From contig CAJXDN010000001.1 of assembly GCA_913052485.1 (NCBI GenBank), positions 2,444-66,443 of the forward strand: a DNA stretch of 64,000 bases, read 5' to 3'. Position numbers and translations under genes: made by a program. Below are positions 17,026 through 25,834 of this stretch, one piece after another. Numbering within the stretch: position 1 is the first letter of the stretch; every line of letters begins with the position of its first letter. This DNA is from an uncultured Flammeovirgaceae bacterium (lineage in GTDB: Bacteria > Bacteroidota > Bacteroidia > Cytophagales > MED-G16). The notes under the pieces were generated by a model. That model saw only the letters and a list, made by a program, of their open reading frames with translations. It ran no database searches and was not told the origin of the DNA.

Positions 17026-18336
17026 ATGAAAAAAGAAACACGAAGAAATTTTGTAAAAAAAACCGCTGCAATAACAAGTGGAGTTGTAGCCTCATCATTG
17101 CCTTTAGCATCCTTTTCTAATGTTAATGAAGATAAAAAACTAAAATTATCAGTTGTTGGATGCGGTGGAAGAGGGTCAGGCGCTGTTGTACAGGCACTAA
17201 CTGCCGATGAAAATGTTGAGTTAGTTTCTATGGCTGACGCCTTCAGAGACAGAATTGATACAAGTCTCAGGGGTATTAGAGATCATTTTGGTAAATCAAA
17301 AAAAATTAACGTTAAAGAAAAAAATATTTTTACGGGCTTTGATTCATATAAAAGAGCAATAGATTTAAGTGACGTAGTAATTCTTACAACACCCCCAGGT
17401 TTTAGACCTCTACACTTTGAGTATGCAGTAAATAGTGGTAAACATGTTTTTATGGAAAAACCAGTGGCTACTGATGCTACTGGAGTTCGAAGGGTATTAG
17501 AATCTGCAAAGAAAGCAAAAGAAAACAGATTAAATGTAGTTGTAGGTCTACAGAGACATTATCAGAGTAAGTACACTAATCTCTATGAAAAAGTTAAATC
17601 TGGAGATATTGGAAAAATTCTTTCAGGTCAGGTGTATTGGAATGATGCAGGAGTCTGGACGAATCCAAGAGAATCTAACCAGTCTGAACTTGAGTACCAG
17701 ATGAGGAATTGGTATTATTTCAACTGGATTTGTGGAGATCATATTCTTGAACAACATATTCATAATATTGATATTGCTAACTGGTTTATAGGGGAGTACC
17801 CTTCTGAGGCCCAGGGCATGGGAGGTAGACAAGTTAGAAATGGAAAAGATCACGGACAAATTTTTGACCATCATTTTGTTGAGTTTCATTATCCGGGTGG
17901 TGCAGTTATCTCAAGTCAGTGTAGACATCAGAAAGGAACTGAGAGTAGGGTAGATGAAGTCTTCCAGGGTTCTAAAGGTTCAATAGTCCTCGGTTCTGGA
18001 GAAATTAAAAATTTAGATAATTCTACTATTTATAAGTATCCAAATTCATCGTCTGATGACCCTAATCCATATCAGGTTGAGCATGATAAATTTTTTGAAT
18101 CTATAAGGGGTGGAGGTGTTATCTCTGATACAGAGAATGCTGCCAAAAGTACTTTGAGTGCAATAATGGGGAGAACGGCAACTTATACTGGAAAAAAGAT
18201 AACGTGGGAGGAGATGATGAACTCAGAGGAGAATTTAGTTCCTGATAATTTATCATGGGAATCTGAGGCACCTACTCTGCCAGACAAAGACGGTAACTAT
18301 AAGATTCCTACTCCAGGAATTACAAAATTTATTTAA
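17026..18336 (+). CDS. TAT-signal Gfo/Idh/MocA family oxidoreductase
   Basis: Twin-arginine leader (TRRNFVKKTAAITSGV), Rossmann motif VVGCGGRGSG and EKP motif (MEKPVA). Confidence 0.85.
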   Translation: MKKETRRNFVKKTAAITSGVVASSLPLASFSNVNEDKKLKLSVVGCGGRGSGAVVQALTADENVELVSMADAFRDRIDTSLRGIRDHFGKSKKINVKEKNIFTGFDSYKRAIDLSDVVILTTPPGFRPLHFEYAVNSGKHVFMEKPVATDATGVRRVLESAKKAKENRLNVVVGLQRHYQSKYTNLYEKVKSGDIGKILSGQVYWNDAGVWTNPRESNQSELEYQMRNWYYFNWICGDHILEQHIHNIDIANWFIGEYPSEAQGMGGRQVRNGKDHGQIFDHHFVEFHYPGGAVISSQCRHQKGTESRVDEVFQGSKGSIVLGSGEIKNLDNSTIYKYPNSSSDDPNPYQVEHDKFFESIRGGGVISDTENAAKSTLSAIMGRTATYTGKKITWEEMMNSEENLVPDNLSWESEAPTLPDKDGNYKIPTPGITKFI

Positions 18337-18345
18337 ATTTTTATA

Positions 18346-19254
18346 ATGCTAAGGAGAGCCTTTTTAAATAAATTTTCATATGGATTAGCTACCAGTTCAT
18401 TGATTACCTTCAATTTATTTTCAAATTATCAGTTAAAGAATAATTTCAAATTAAACTATGCTCCACACTTAGGAATGTTTAAAAATTCTGTTGGAGATGA
18501 TCCCATAGATCAAATTAATTACATGGCTGATCTAGGTTTTAAAGCTTTTGAAGATAATGGAATGAGCTCAAGATCAATAGCTCTACAAAATAAGATATCC
18601 AAAACTCTAGTGAATAGAGGAATGAAAATGGGGGTTTTTGTTGCTCATAAAATATACTGGGAAAAACCTAATCTTTCTAGTGGTGACGATGATTATAGAG
18701 ATGAATTTTTAAAACATATTAGGAATTCAGTGGAAGTAGCAAAAAGAGTAAATGCAAAATGGATGACAGTGGTTCCAGGACATCTAGATCTAAGAAAAGA
18801 TATGTCTTACCAAACCTCAAATGTAGTTGAAACCTTAAAGAAAGCATCTGATATTTTAGAACCGCACGGTTTAGTTATGGTTCTAGAACCATTAAACTTT
18901 AGAGATCACCCTGGATTATTTTTAACTGAGAGTCCCCAAGCTTTTCAAATATGTAAAGCTGTCGACTCACCATCTTGTAAAATATTATTTGATATTTATC
19001 ATCAGCAAATTCAGGAAGGGAATTTAATTCCTAATATAGATGATAGTTGGGATGAAATCGCTTACTTCCAGATAGGGGACAATCCGGGTAGAAAGGAACC
19101 TACAACTGGTGAAATAAATTATAAAAATATATTCAGTTTCATCTATAAAAAAGGTTATGATGGAATACTTGGAATGGAGCACGGTAATGCTTTACAAGGC
19201 GAAGAAGGTGAAAAAGAATTAGTTGATGCTTACTTAGAAGTAGACTCTTTCTAA
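18346..19254 (+). CDS. xylose-isomerase-like TIM-barrel protein (sugar phosphate isomerase/epimerase or hydroxypyruvate isomerase family)
   Basis: RR-containing N-terminus (MLRRAFLNK). Family-typical LEPLN, DIYH and GMEHG segments. Confidence 0.7.
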   Translation: MLRRAFLNKFSYGLATSSLITFNLFSNYQLKNNFKLNYAPHLGMFKNSVGDDPIDQINYMADLGFKAFEDNGMSSRSIALQNKISKTLVNRGMKMGVFVAHKIYWEKPNLSSGDDDYRDEFLKHIRNSVEVAKRVNAKWMTVVPGHLDLRKDMSYQTSNVVETLKKASDILEPHGLVMVLEPLNFRDHPGLFLTESPQAFQICKAVDSPSCKILFDIYHQQIQEGNLIPNIDDSWDEIAYFQIGDNPGRKEPTTGEINYKNIFSFIYKKGYDGILGMEHGNALQGEEGEKELVDAYLEVDSF

Positions 19255-20582
19255 TTACCTAAGTGGTTTCTTTTACCTCCAACCAATATTAGCTCGGTCT
19301 GTCTTCCGTTTACATATCTAAAGCCTTTCTCCTCAAATACTCCTGCTTCCTCAAGCATAACTCTAATATCTTTATTCCACTCTTCGATAAACACCTTTGT
19401 ATTTAACTCAATTGCGTAGACTGTATTATAATTCATGGGAAAATCACCTGTAAAAGGAACTCCACCCTGAGAATCCCACATTCCTAAAGTAGTTCCAGCT
19501 GAATGACCAAAAGTCCCAAGTGGGTGTGTATAAATTTGAGGTCTAAATCCTTCATTTCTTCCCTGTTCTAGAGCTTCTTTAAGTATCTGATTTCCAGTTT
19601 TCTTGTGCTCAAATAAGTCAGTAAATATGTCTTGTACTCTATTCCCCTCATCTAAAGCTTTAACAAGGTATTCCGGTGCCTCTGTCTCATCTGGTTTAAG
19701 CACATAAGCTAACTCTTGGCAATCTGTATTTAATGTCAGGTAGCTTATACCAAAATCACAGTGAATTAAATCACCAGGCAAAATAATATCAAATTTAGAT
19801 TCACCGTCAAAAGCATATAGATCGCTAACTTCATTTCTCTGCACATCTATAGTTGGATGAAACCATGTTTTGAGACCAAGTTTTTTAACCTTTTCTCTCA
19901 TCCACCACACCACGTCATTAGTTGTTGTAACTCCGGGAGTTATCACTTTAGTTGAGAATGCTTCGTTAATAATTCCATGAGTTATTTCAACTAACTGATC
20001 ATAGATTATCATTTCTTTTTCTGTCCTTGTCTCAATCCATCTAACGGCTAGTTCCTCAGCAGAAACAACTTTTTTAGATAATGAATTTGACATATTATTT
20101 AGGAGGAGCTCGTAATCAGTTTTTACAATTCCATCGGCTAATGCAAAGTGATCAGAGTAGTTAAGTCCTATTTTATTAGGATTCTTTTCCTCTATAAATT
20201 TTACTAGTGCTTTAATCTGGTCTGGCTCCTCATCCTTATTCCATATTGATGGAATATTTTTTCCGAAAGAGTACCTTGCAATTGCAACTTTTTCTAAATT
20301 TTTTTCATCTTTATCATAGTAAAATGCTAGTATTGTCCTTCTCCTAGCATTCAGCCAAGTAGGTGGTAAAAGTGTCTTAATTATAGGGTCTTCATTATAT
20401 TCTCTGGTAATTATCACCCACATGTCTATACCTGTTTCTTCCATTAGTTTAGGTAATAAATTATCAAATCTATCTTTTTGAATTTCCTCAATAACTCTTG
20501 CTCTTTCCTCAAGGCTAAGAATATCTTGAGCATTAATTTGAACTGTTACTAAAAGGAAAAGAATTAAATTAATTATCTTCAT
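19251..20582 (-). CDS. secreted M24-family metallopeptidase (Xaa-Pro aminopeptidase-like)
   Basis: Signal peptide. The C-terminal pita-bread region has candidate metal ligands (HCDFGISY, HPLGTFGHSAG, AIELN, MLEE). Confidence 0.7.
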   Translation of the reverse strand: MKIINLILFLLVTVQINAQDILSLEERARVIEEIQKDRFDNLLPKLMEETGIDMWVIITREYNEDPIIKTLLPPTWLNARRRTILAFYYDKDEKNLEKVAIARYSFGKNIPSIWNKDEEPDQIKALVKFIEEKNPNKIGLNYSDHFALADGIVKTDYELLLNNMSNSLSKKVVSAEELAVRWIETRTEKEMIIYDQLVEITHGIINEAFSTKVITPGVTTTNDVVWWMREKVKKLGLKTWFHPTIDVQRNEVSDLYAFDGESKFDIILPGDLIHCDFGISYLTLNTDCQELAYVLKPDETEAPEYLVKALDEGNRVQDIFTDLFEHKKTGNQILKEALEQGRNEGFRPQIYTHPLGTFGHSAGTTLGMWDSQGGVPFTGDFPMNYNTVYAIELNTKVFIEEWNKDIRVMLEEAGVFEEKGFRYVNGRQTELILVGGKRNHLGN

Positions 20583-20606
20583 GAGTACTATTTAAATATA
20601 AGTGAA

Positions 20607-20864
20607 TTGAGTAACCAAAATACAAATTATTGGAAAGAAAACTTAAGATATGTAGGAATTCTTTTATTAGTATGGTTCACGGTCTCTTTTTGTTTTTCAA
20701 TTTTATTTAAAAATTTTCTTGATAATTTTTATATAGGCGGGTTCAAGCTTGGCTTTTGGTTTGCACAGCAAGGTTCAATGTATGTTTTTGTCATACTTAT
20801 TTTTATATATGTTCACCTCATAAATAAGCTTGACAAAAAATATGGATTTGATAAAAAAAGTTAG
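20607..20864 (+). CDS. DUF4212 small membrane subunit of a sodium:solute symporter
   Basis: 85 aa, 2 TM, N-terminal YW..N motif. It lies immediately upstream (2 nt) of an SSS transporter. TTG is the only in-frame start that gives a full-length protein. Confidence 0.75.
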   Translation: MSNQNTNYWKENLRYVGILLLVWFTVSFCFSILFKNFLDNFYIGGFKLGFWFAQQGSMYVFVILIFIYVHLINKLDKKYGFDKKS

Positions 20865-20866
20865 TT

Positions 20867-22540
20867 ATGGATGTTCAAACCTGGACTTACTTAATTGTCG
20901 GTATAACATTTTTATTGTATGTCTCGATTGCAATTTGGTCTAAGGCAAGTTCAACAAATGAATTCTATATAGCTGGAAAAGGTGTGTCTCCTCTTGCAAA
21001 TGGAATGGCTACGGCTGCTGATTGGATGTCTGCCGCGTCTTTTATCTCAATGGCAGGAATAATTGCTTTCGCAGGATATGACGGGTCTGTATATTTGATG
21101 GGATGGACAGGAGGTTATGTACTATTAGCATTGTTATTAGCTCCATACCTTAGAAAATTTGGAAAATTTACTGTACCTGATTTTATAGGTGAGAGATATT
21201 ATTCAAATACAGCACGTTTAGTTGCTGTTTTCTGTGCTCTTGCTGTTTCTTTCACTTACGTAGCGGGCCAAATGAGGGGTGTAGGAATAGTTTTCTCTAG
21301 GTTTTTAGAGATTCCTATTGAATCGGGAGTTGTCGTTGGGATGGTAATAGTATTATTTTATGCAGTCTTGGGTGGGATGAAAGGAATAACCTATACTCAG
21401 GTTGCTCAGTATTGTGTTCTAATTTTTGCTTTCATGGTACCGGCATTTTTTATTTCCTTTCAGATGACTGGATATGTAATCCCTCAAATTGGAATGGGTT
21501 CTACAATTAATGATGGCTCTGGAATTTATTTACTACAGAAATTAGATTCTTTGTCAAAAGATTTAGGATTTACAGAGTATACGTCCGGGACAAAGTCAGT
21601 TGCTGATATCTTTTGTATAACTCTTGCTTTAATGGTTGGAACAGCAGGTTTACCACACGTTATTGTAAGGTTTTTTACGGTAAAAAAAGTTAGAGACGCT
21701 AGAAAATCAGTTGGACTTGCGCTTTTATTTATTACTATTTTATACACTACTGCTCCAGCAGTATCCGTTTTCTCAAAATTAAATCTTATTGAAACTGTAA
21801 GTGAAAAACATTATGAATCTATGCCAGATTGGTTTAAAAACTGGGAAAATACTGGACTAATTGTCTTTAATGATAAAAATAATGACGGAATAATAAATTA
21901 TAATAACTCAAAAGAAAATGAATTAATAATAGATAATGATATTATGGTTTTAGCTAACCCAGAAATTGCAAATTTACCTGCGTGGATTATTGCTCTAGTT
22001 GCTGCCGGTGGCTTAGCTGCCGCTCTATCTACTGCTGCTGGTCTATTACTTGTGATATCAACTTCCGTCTCTAACGATCTCATTAAAAAAATTCTTATCC
22101 CTGACATATCACAAAAAAATGAATTACTAATTGCACGAGTTTCATCCTTCTTTGCTGTATTAGTTGCAGGGTACTTTGGTATTAATCCTCCTGGTTTTGT
22201 AGCTGCAGTTGTTGCTTTAGCTTTTGGTCTTGCAGCAGCATCTTTTTTCCCAGTAATAATTTTAGGTATTTTTTCTAAAAGAGTTAACAAGGAAGGTGCT
22301 ATCTCTGGAATGATTGTTGGTATATCTCTAATGCTATATTACATGGCAAAGTTTAAGCTTGGGTGGTTGGGTGAGGTCCCTCCCTCTAGCGAATGGTGGT
22401 TTGGTATATCTCCTGAAGGATTTGGTTCAATAGCAATGTTGTGTAACTTCGTGATCTCAATTGTTATTTCTAAATTAACTTCCCCACCTCCTCAAAAAAT
22501 TAATGATCTTGTAGATAATATAAGAATTCCTGAGAGTTAA
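20867..22540 (+). CDS. sodium:solute symporter family transporter (ActP/VC_2705-like)
   Basis: 557 aa, polytopic. Paired with DUF4212 as is typical for this subfamily. Confidence 0.85.
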   Translation: MDVQTWTYLIVGITFLLYVSIAIWSKASSTNEFYIAGKGVSPLANGMATAADWMSAASFISMAGIIAFAGYDGSVYLMGWTGGYVLLALLLAPYLRKFGKFTVPDFIGERYYSNTARLVAVFCALAVSFTYVAGQMRGVGIVFSRFLEIPIESGVVVGMVIVLFYAVLGGMKGITYTQVAQYCVLIFAFMVPAFFISFQMTGYVIPQIGMGSTINDGSGIYLLQKLDSLSKDLGFTEYTSGTKSVADIFCITLALMVGTAGLPHVIVRFFTVKKVRDARKSVGLALLFITILYTTAPAVSVFSKLNLIETVSEKHYESMPDWFKNWENTGLIVFNDKNNDGIINYNNSKENELIIDNDIMVLANPEIANLPAWIIALVAAGGLAAALSTAAGLLLVISTSVSNDLIKKILIPDISQKNELLIARVSSFFAVLVAGYFGINPPGFVAAVVALAFGLAAASFFPVIILGIFSKRVNKEGAISGMIVGISLMLYYMAKFKLGWLGEVPPSSEWWFGISPEGFGSIAMLCNFVISIVISKLTSPPPQKINDLVDNIRIPES

Positions 22541-23154
22541 TATTTTTCATAGAAAATATTCTCTTCTATAGATTTCCATAATAGTAGCGATGCAAAAGTA
22601 TTGTATGGTCTCCATGAGTCTATTAATAAATCAAGCTTTTTACTACTGAGATCATCTATATTATAATTTTTTTTGATACTGTTGAGTAGTGCAAGATCTT
22701 TCTTTGAAAATATATCCTCTCTAAATAAAATAAAGATTAGAAACATCTCTGCAGTCCAACTACCTACCCCCTTTATCTCTGTTAGCATATTAATTACTTC
22801 GTTGTCTTCAAATTTTTTGAAATCAATTTTATTATTCTGAAAGTAGTGATAGACATTTTTGATATAGTTTACTTTCATGCCTGATATTCCTATCTCTTTT
22901 AATTGGGTATTATCAATATCAATAACCTGATTATCAGATAGCCCTGATATTAGTACATTAAATTTTTTTTTAATAGAGATAGCCGCCTTAAAACTTATTT
23001 GTTGTTCAATAATAATTTCAGATATCGCCTTTGCATGGTTTTTAAAATATCTATCACTGATATCAATTTGATCTCCAAGTTTAATTATGAGTTGCTCCAT
23101 CACTTTATCCTTCTTCAGGTGATTGAAAGGTTTACTATAAATATTTATACTCAT
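22537..23154 (-). CDS. HhH-GPD DNA glycosylase (AlkA-like 3-methyladenine glycosylase II family)
   Basis: Helix-hairpin-helix segment LTEIKGVGSWTAEMFLIF followed by a downstream Asp (KKDLAL). Confidence 0.7.
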   Translation of the reverse strand: MSINIYSKPFNHLKKDKVMEQLIIKLGDQIDISDRYFKNHAKAISEIIIEQQISFKAAISIKKKFNVLISGLSDNQVIDIDNTQLKEIGISGMKVNYIKNVYHYFQNNKIDFKKFEDNEVINMLTEIKGVGSWTAEMFLIFILFREDIFSKKDLALLNSIKKNYNIDDLSSKKLDLLIDSWRPYNTFASLLLWKSIEENIFYEKY

Positions 23155-23161
23155 TTATCAT

Positions 23162-23899
23162 TTAAATTGAATCAATTAGATACTTTGTCTCTAAAGGTAA
23201 TTCTTCAACTTTAATTATATGATAACTATCATAGAATGGATGTAAAATTAAAAGGTTCATACTAGATACGTTTAATTTATAATTCTTTTCCAAGATATAT
23301 TTATAAATATTCTGTTGCAGACAGTACTTATTGTAATCCGTTGAACTCATATGACCAAGTCCCTTTAAACAGTTTTCAAATGGATTATCTTTCTCAATAT
23401 TTCCACCATCATCAATAATTTTTTTTGATCTTTTCCAATCAAACAGAAATACTTCATTATCAGATTTTTTATATACCATGTCGATAGTACCAGCTAATAA
23501 CTTTGAATCATCAAAGACTCTCCACTCAGTCCTAAATGGCTCATATTTATTTACGATATATCTTTCATGAAATTTCATAAACTTTTCAAATTCTGGTGAG
23601 TTTTTATATTCTATTTCATTATAGAAATTTTCTATCTGATTATGAAGATTTGTTCCTTCATTCCTTGCTTTAGATCCTAGATCTTCCCACCTTTTTAATA
23701 TATCAGCAACTTTTTCACCAGTTTTTCTACTCTCGTTACCCGCCCAGTAATCTCTATCAAATTTTGGAAAATATTCGCCAATTAATTGTGTCACAGATTG
23801 TGCTTCTTTGCTATCATCAATAGTGTAAGAATGATTTGATTCATCAAATATTATCCTATCATCCCTCTGATGAAAATTAATTTTTTTTAATTTCTTCAT
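23162..23899 (-). CDS. PD-(D/E)XK (RecB/Cas4-like fold) nuclease family protein
   Basis: Motifs H.Y (SNHSYT), GTNLH, AGTIDMV, LFDWKRSK (D-x-K) and QQNIYKYIL (QxxxY). Start taken at the ATG at 23899 (MKKLKK). The track start at 23923 is also possible. Confidence 0.65.
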   Translation of the reverse strand: MKKLKKINFHQRDDRIIFDESNHSYTIDDSKEAQSVTQLIGEYFPKFDRDYWAGNESRKTGEKVADILKRWEDLGSKARNEGTNLHNQIENFYNEIEYKNSPEFEKFMKFHERYIVNKYEPFRTEWRVFDDSKLLAGTIDMVYKKSDNEVFLFDWKRSKKIIDDGGNIEKDNPFENCLKGLGHMSSTDYNKYCLQQNIYKYILEKNYKLNVSSMNLLILHPFYDSYHIIKVEELPLETKYLIDSI

Positions 23900-23982
23900 T
23901 CCTATTGCAATATTAACAATCATTTAATCCAATTATTTATAAAAAAAACTATATTTAAATTTTAACCAAATATTTAAGATTT

Positions 23983-24297
23983 ATGGAAACTAATGAATTA
24001 CTAATTCCAACTGTTCTAGGTGCAATTTGCCTGTGTATAAGTATTTATGGGCTAGCTGTGGCATAAGATAGAAAATTTGCTCTAGGAGGTGTATTTCTCT
24101 ACTCTTTTATTCCTATAAGCCATAGGTTAGGGATTTACCTAGAAAATCCTGATGACTATTTCAGTCTTGTTACTGCATTAATTTTTGTTATTCAGGCAAT
24201 AGTATCAATTCCAATTGGAGGTTTCCATGCGATATACTCTCTAATGATGTTAGTAGCTATCTCTAAAACTCTTGCTGGAAAAATGGATATGAAATAA
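23983..24297 (+). pseudogene. small polytopic membrane-protein ORF interrupted by an in-frame TAA (24064-24066)
   Basis: Manual translation gives METNELLIPTVLGAICLCISIYGLAVA*DRKFALGGVFLYSFIPISHRLGIYLENPDDYFSLVTALIFVIQAIVSIPIGGFHAIYSLMMLVAISKTLAGKMDMK*. The same frame holds throughout. The downstream part has no usable in-frame start before codon 60. It is followed by a strong terminator. Confidence 0.5.
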
Positions 24298-24322
24298 TTT
24301 TTTTAAAAATTATTATTAAATT

Positions 24323-24352
24323 AAGGCCAACTAATGTTTGGCCTTTTTTTTT
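24323..24352 (+). terminator. intrinsic terminator
   Basis: AAGGCCAA-ctaatgt-TTGGCCTT followed by a T-run. It overlaps the track's 24334 start, which argues for the ATG at 24358 as the start of the next gene. Confidence 0.75.
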
Positions 24353-24357
24353 ATATC

Positions 24358-25833
24358 ATGAAAAACTTTTTTATAGTAACCTTAATTTTTTTATCTAGTA
24401 CTAGTATTTATTCTCAGGTAACAAGGAGTATTGAAGCAGAGAGCTCTGTTGTTACTGACCACTTTGTCACTGTTAATGGAACTAGAATTCCTTACTCTGC
24501 CACAGCTGGTACATTACCAGTTTGGAGTGATGATGACAACGCAGTCGCAACTTTATTTTATACATACTATAAAAGATCTGATGTAAAAGATATCAAGAAC
24601 AGACCAATATTCTTTTCCTTCAATGGAGGTCCAGGTGCAGCATCTATATGGATGCACATGGGATATACAAGTCCGAGAACACTAAACATTGATGATGAAG
24701 GCTATCCCGTACAACCTTACGGTATAAAAGATAATCCCTACTCAATTATCGATGTAGCTGATATTGTTTATGTAAACCCTGTAAATGTTGGTCTCTCAAG
24801 AATACTAGATAAAGATTATGATAGGTCAAAGTTTTTTGGTGTAAACTCAGATATTGAGTATTTAGCTCAGTGGATTGAAGACTTTATCAATAAATATAAT
24901 AGGTGGTTATCTCCTAAGTATTTGATTGGTGAGAGTTATGGAACAACAAGATGCTCAGGACTAGCTCTTGAACTTCAAAGTCGATACCACACCACATATC
25001 TTAATGGTGTTATCTTGGTTTCACCAACAGGGTTAGGTATTGACAGAGATGGTCCAGTAGGATCTGCATTAAGATTACCTTATTTTGCGGCAACAGCATG
25101 GTACCATGACAAATTAGATGACGATTTACAAAAGATGGAACTTTTGGATCTCTTAGAAGTTGTTGAAAAATTTACAGTTGAAGAGTTTCTACCAGCGATT
25201 ACTCTTGGTAATTCGATAACCGACGAAAAAAGATCAGAAATTGCTAAAATAGCCTCAAAATATTCTGGTCTTTCAGCTAGAGATTTTATTGATAATAACT
25301 TAGATGTAACAGATCAATATTTTTGGAAAAAATTATTATATGATGAGGGCTTTATTCTTGGAAGATTGGACTCAAGATACAGAGGTATAGATAAAAAAAA
25401 TTCGGGTGTTTCTGTGGGTAGTTATCCAGAGCTAGATGCTTGGGATCACGCGTTCACACCAGCTATGCAATATTATCTTAATAACGAATTAAATTATAAG
25501 ACAAATATGAATTATAATGTCTGGGGTAACGTTAGACCTTGGAATAGAGATAATGACAGAACTGGAGATAATCTGAGACAGGCAATGGCTAAAAATCCTT
25601 TCCTCAATGTTATGATTCAATCCGGTTATTATGATGGTGCTACTCAATATTTTGATGCTAAATACACTATGTGGCATATTGATCCTAGTGGAAAGATGAA
25701 AGATAGATTATCCTTTAAAGGTTATGAGAGTGGTCACATGATGTATTTGAGAAGAGAAGATCTAAAAAATTCTAATGATGACATTAGGGAATTTATTAAA
25801 AATACTATTCCAACAGTACCCGCAAAGTATTAA
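24358..25833 (+). CDS. secreted S10-family serine carboxypeptidase
   Basis: Signal peptide MKNFFIVTLIFLSSTSIYSQ. S10 motifs FSFNGGPGAAS and GESYG. C-terminal His context (YESGHMMY). Confidence 0.8.
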   Translation: MKNFFIVTLIFLSSTSIYSQVTRSIEAESSVVTDHFVTVNGTRIPYSATAGTLPVWSDDDNAVATLFYTYYKRSDVKDIKNRPIFFSFNGGPGAASIWMHMGYTSPRTLNIDDEGYPVQPYGIKDNPYSIIDVADIVYVNPVNVGLSRILDKDYDRSKFFGVNSDIEYLAQWIEDFINKYNRWLSPKYLIGESYGTTRCSGLALELQSRYHTTYLNGVILVSPTGLGIDRDGPVGSALRLPYFAATAWYHDKLDDDLQKMELLDLLEVVEKFTVEEFLPAITLGNSITDEKRSEIAKIASKYSGLSARDFIDNNLDVTDQYFWKKLLYDEGFILGRLDSRYRGIDKKNSGVSVGSYPELDAWDHAFTPAMQYYLNNELNYKTNMNYNVWGNVRPWNRDNDRTGDNLRQAMAKNPFLNVMIQSGYYDGATQYFDAKYTMWHIDPSGKMKDRLSFKGYESGHMMYLRREDLKNSNDDIREFIKNTIPTVPAKY

Positions 25834-25834
25834 T

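Noticed and set aside
24334-24357. Upstream starts for the S10 peptidase (24334) and, similarly, the S9 peptidase (25775-25834) and the TPR lipoprotein (11886-11939)
   Set aside because: The 24334 start lies inside a terminator hairpin. In all three cases an internal ATG gives a canonical signal peptide or lipobox directly at the N-terminus.
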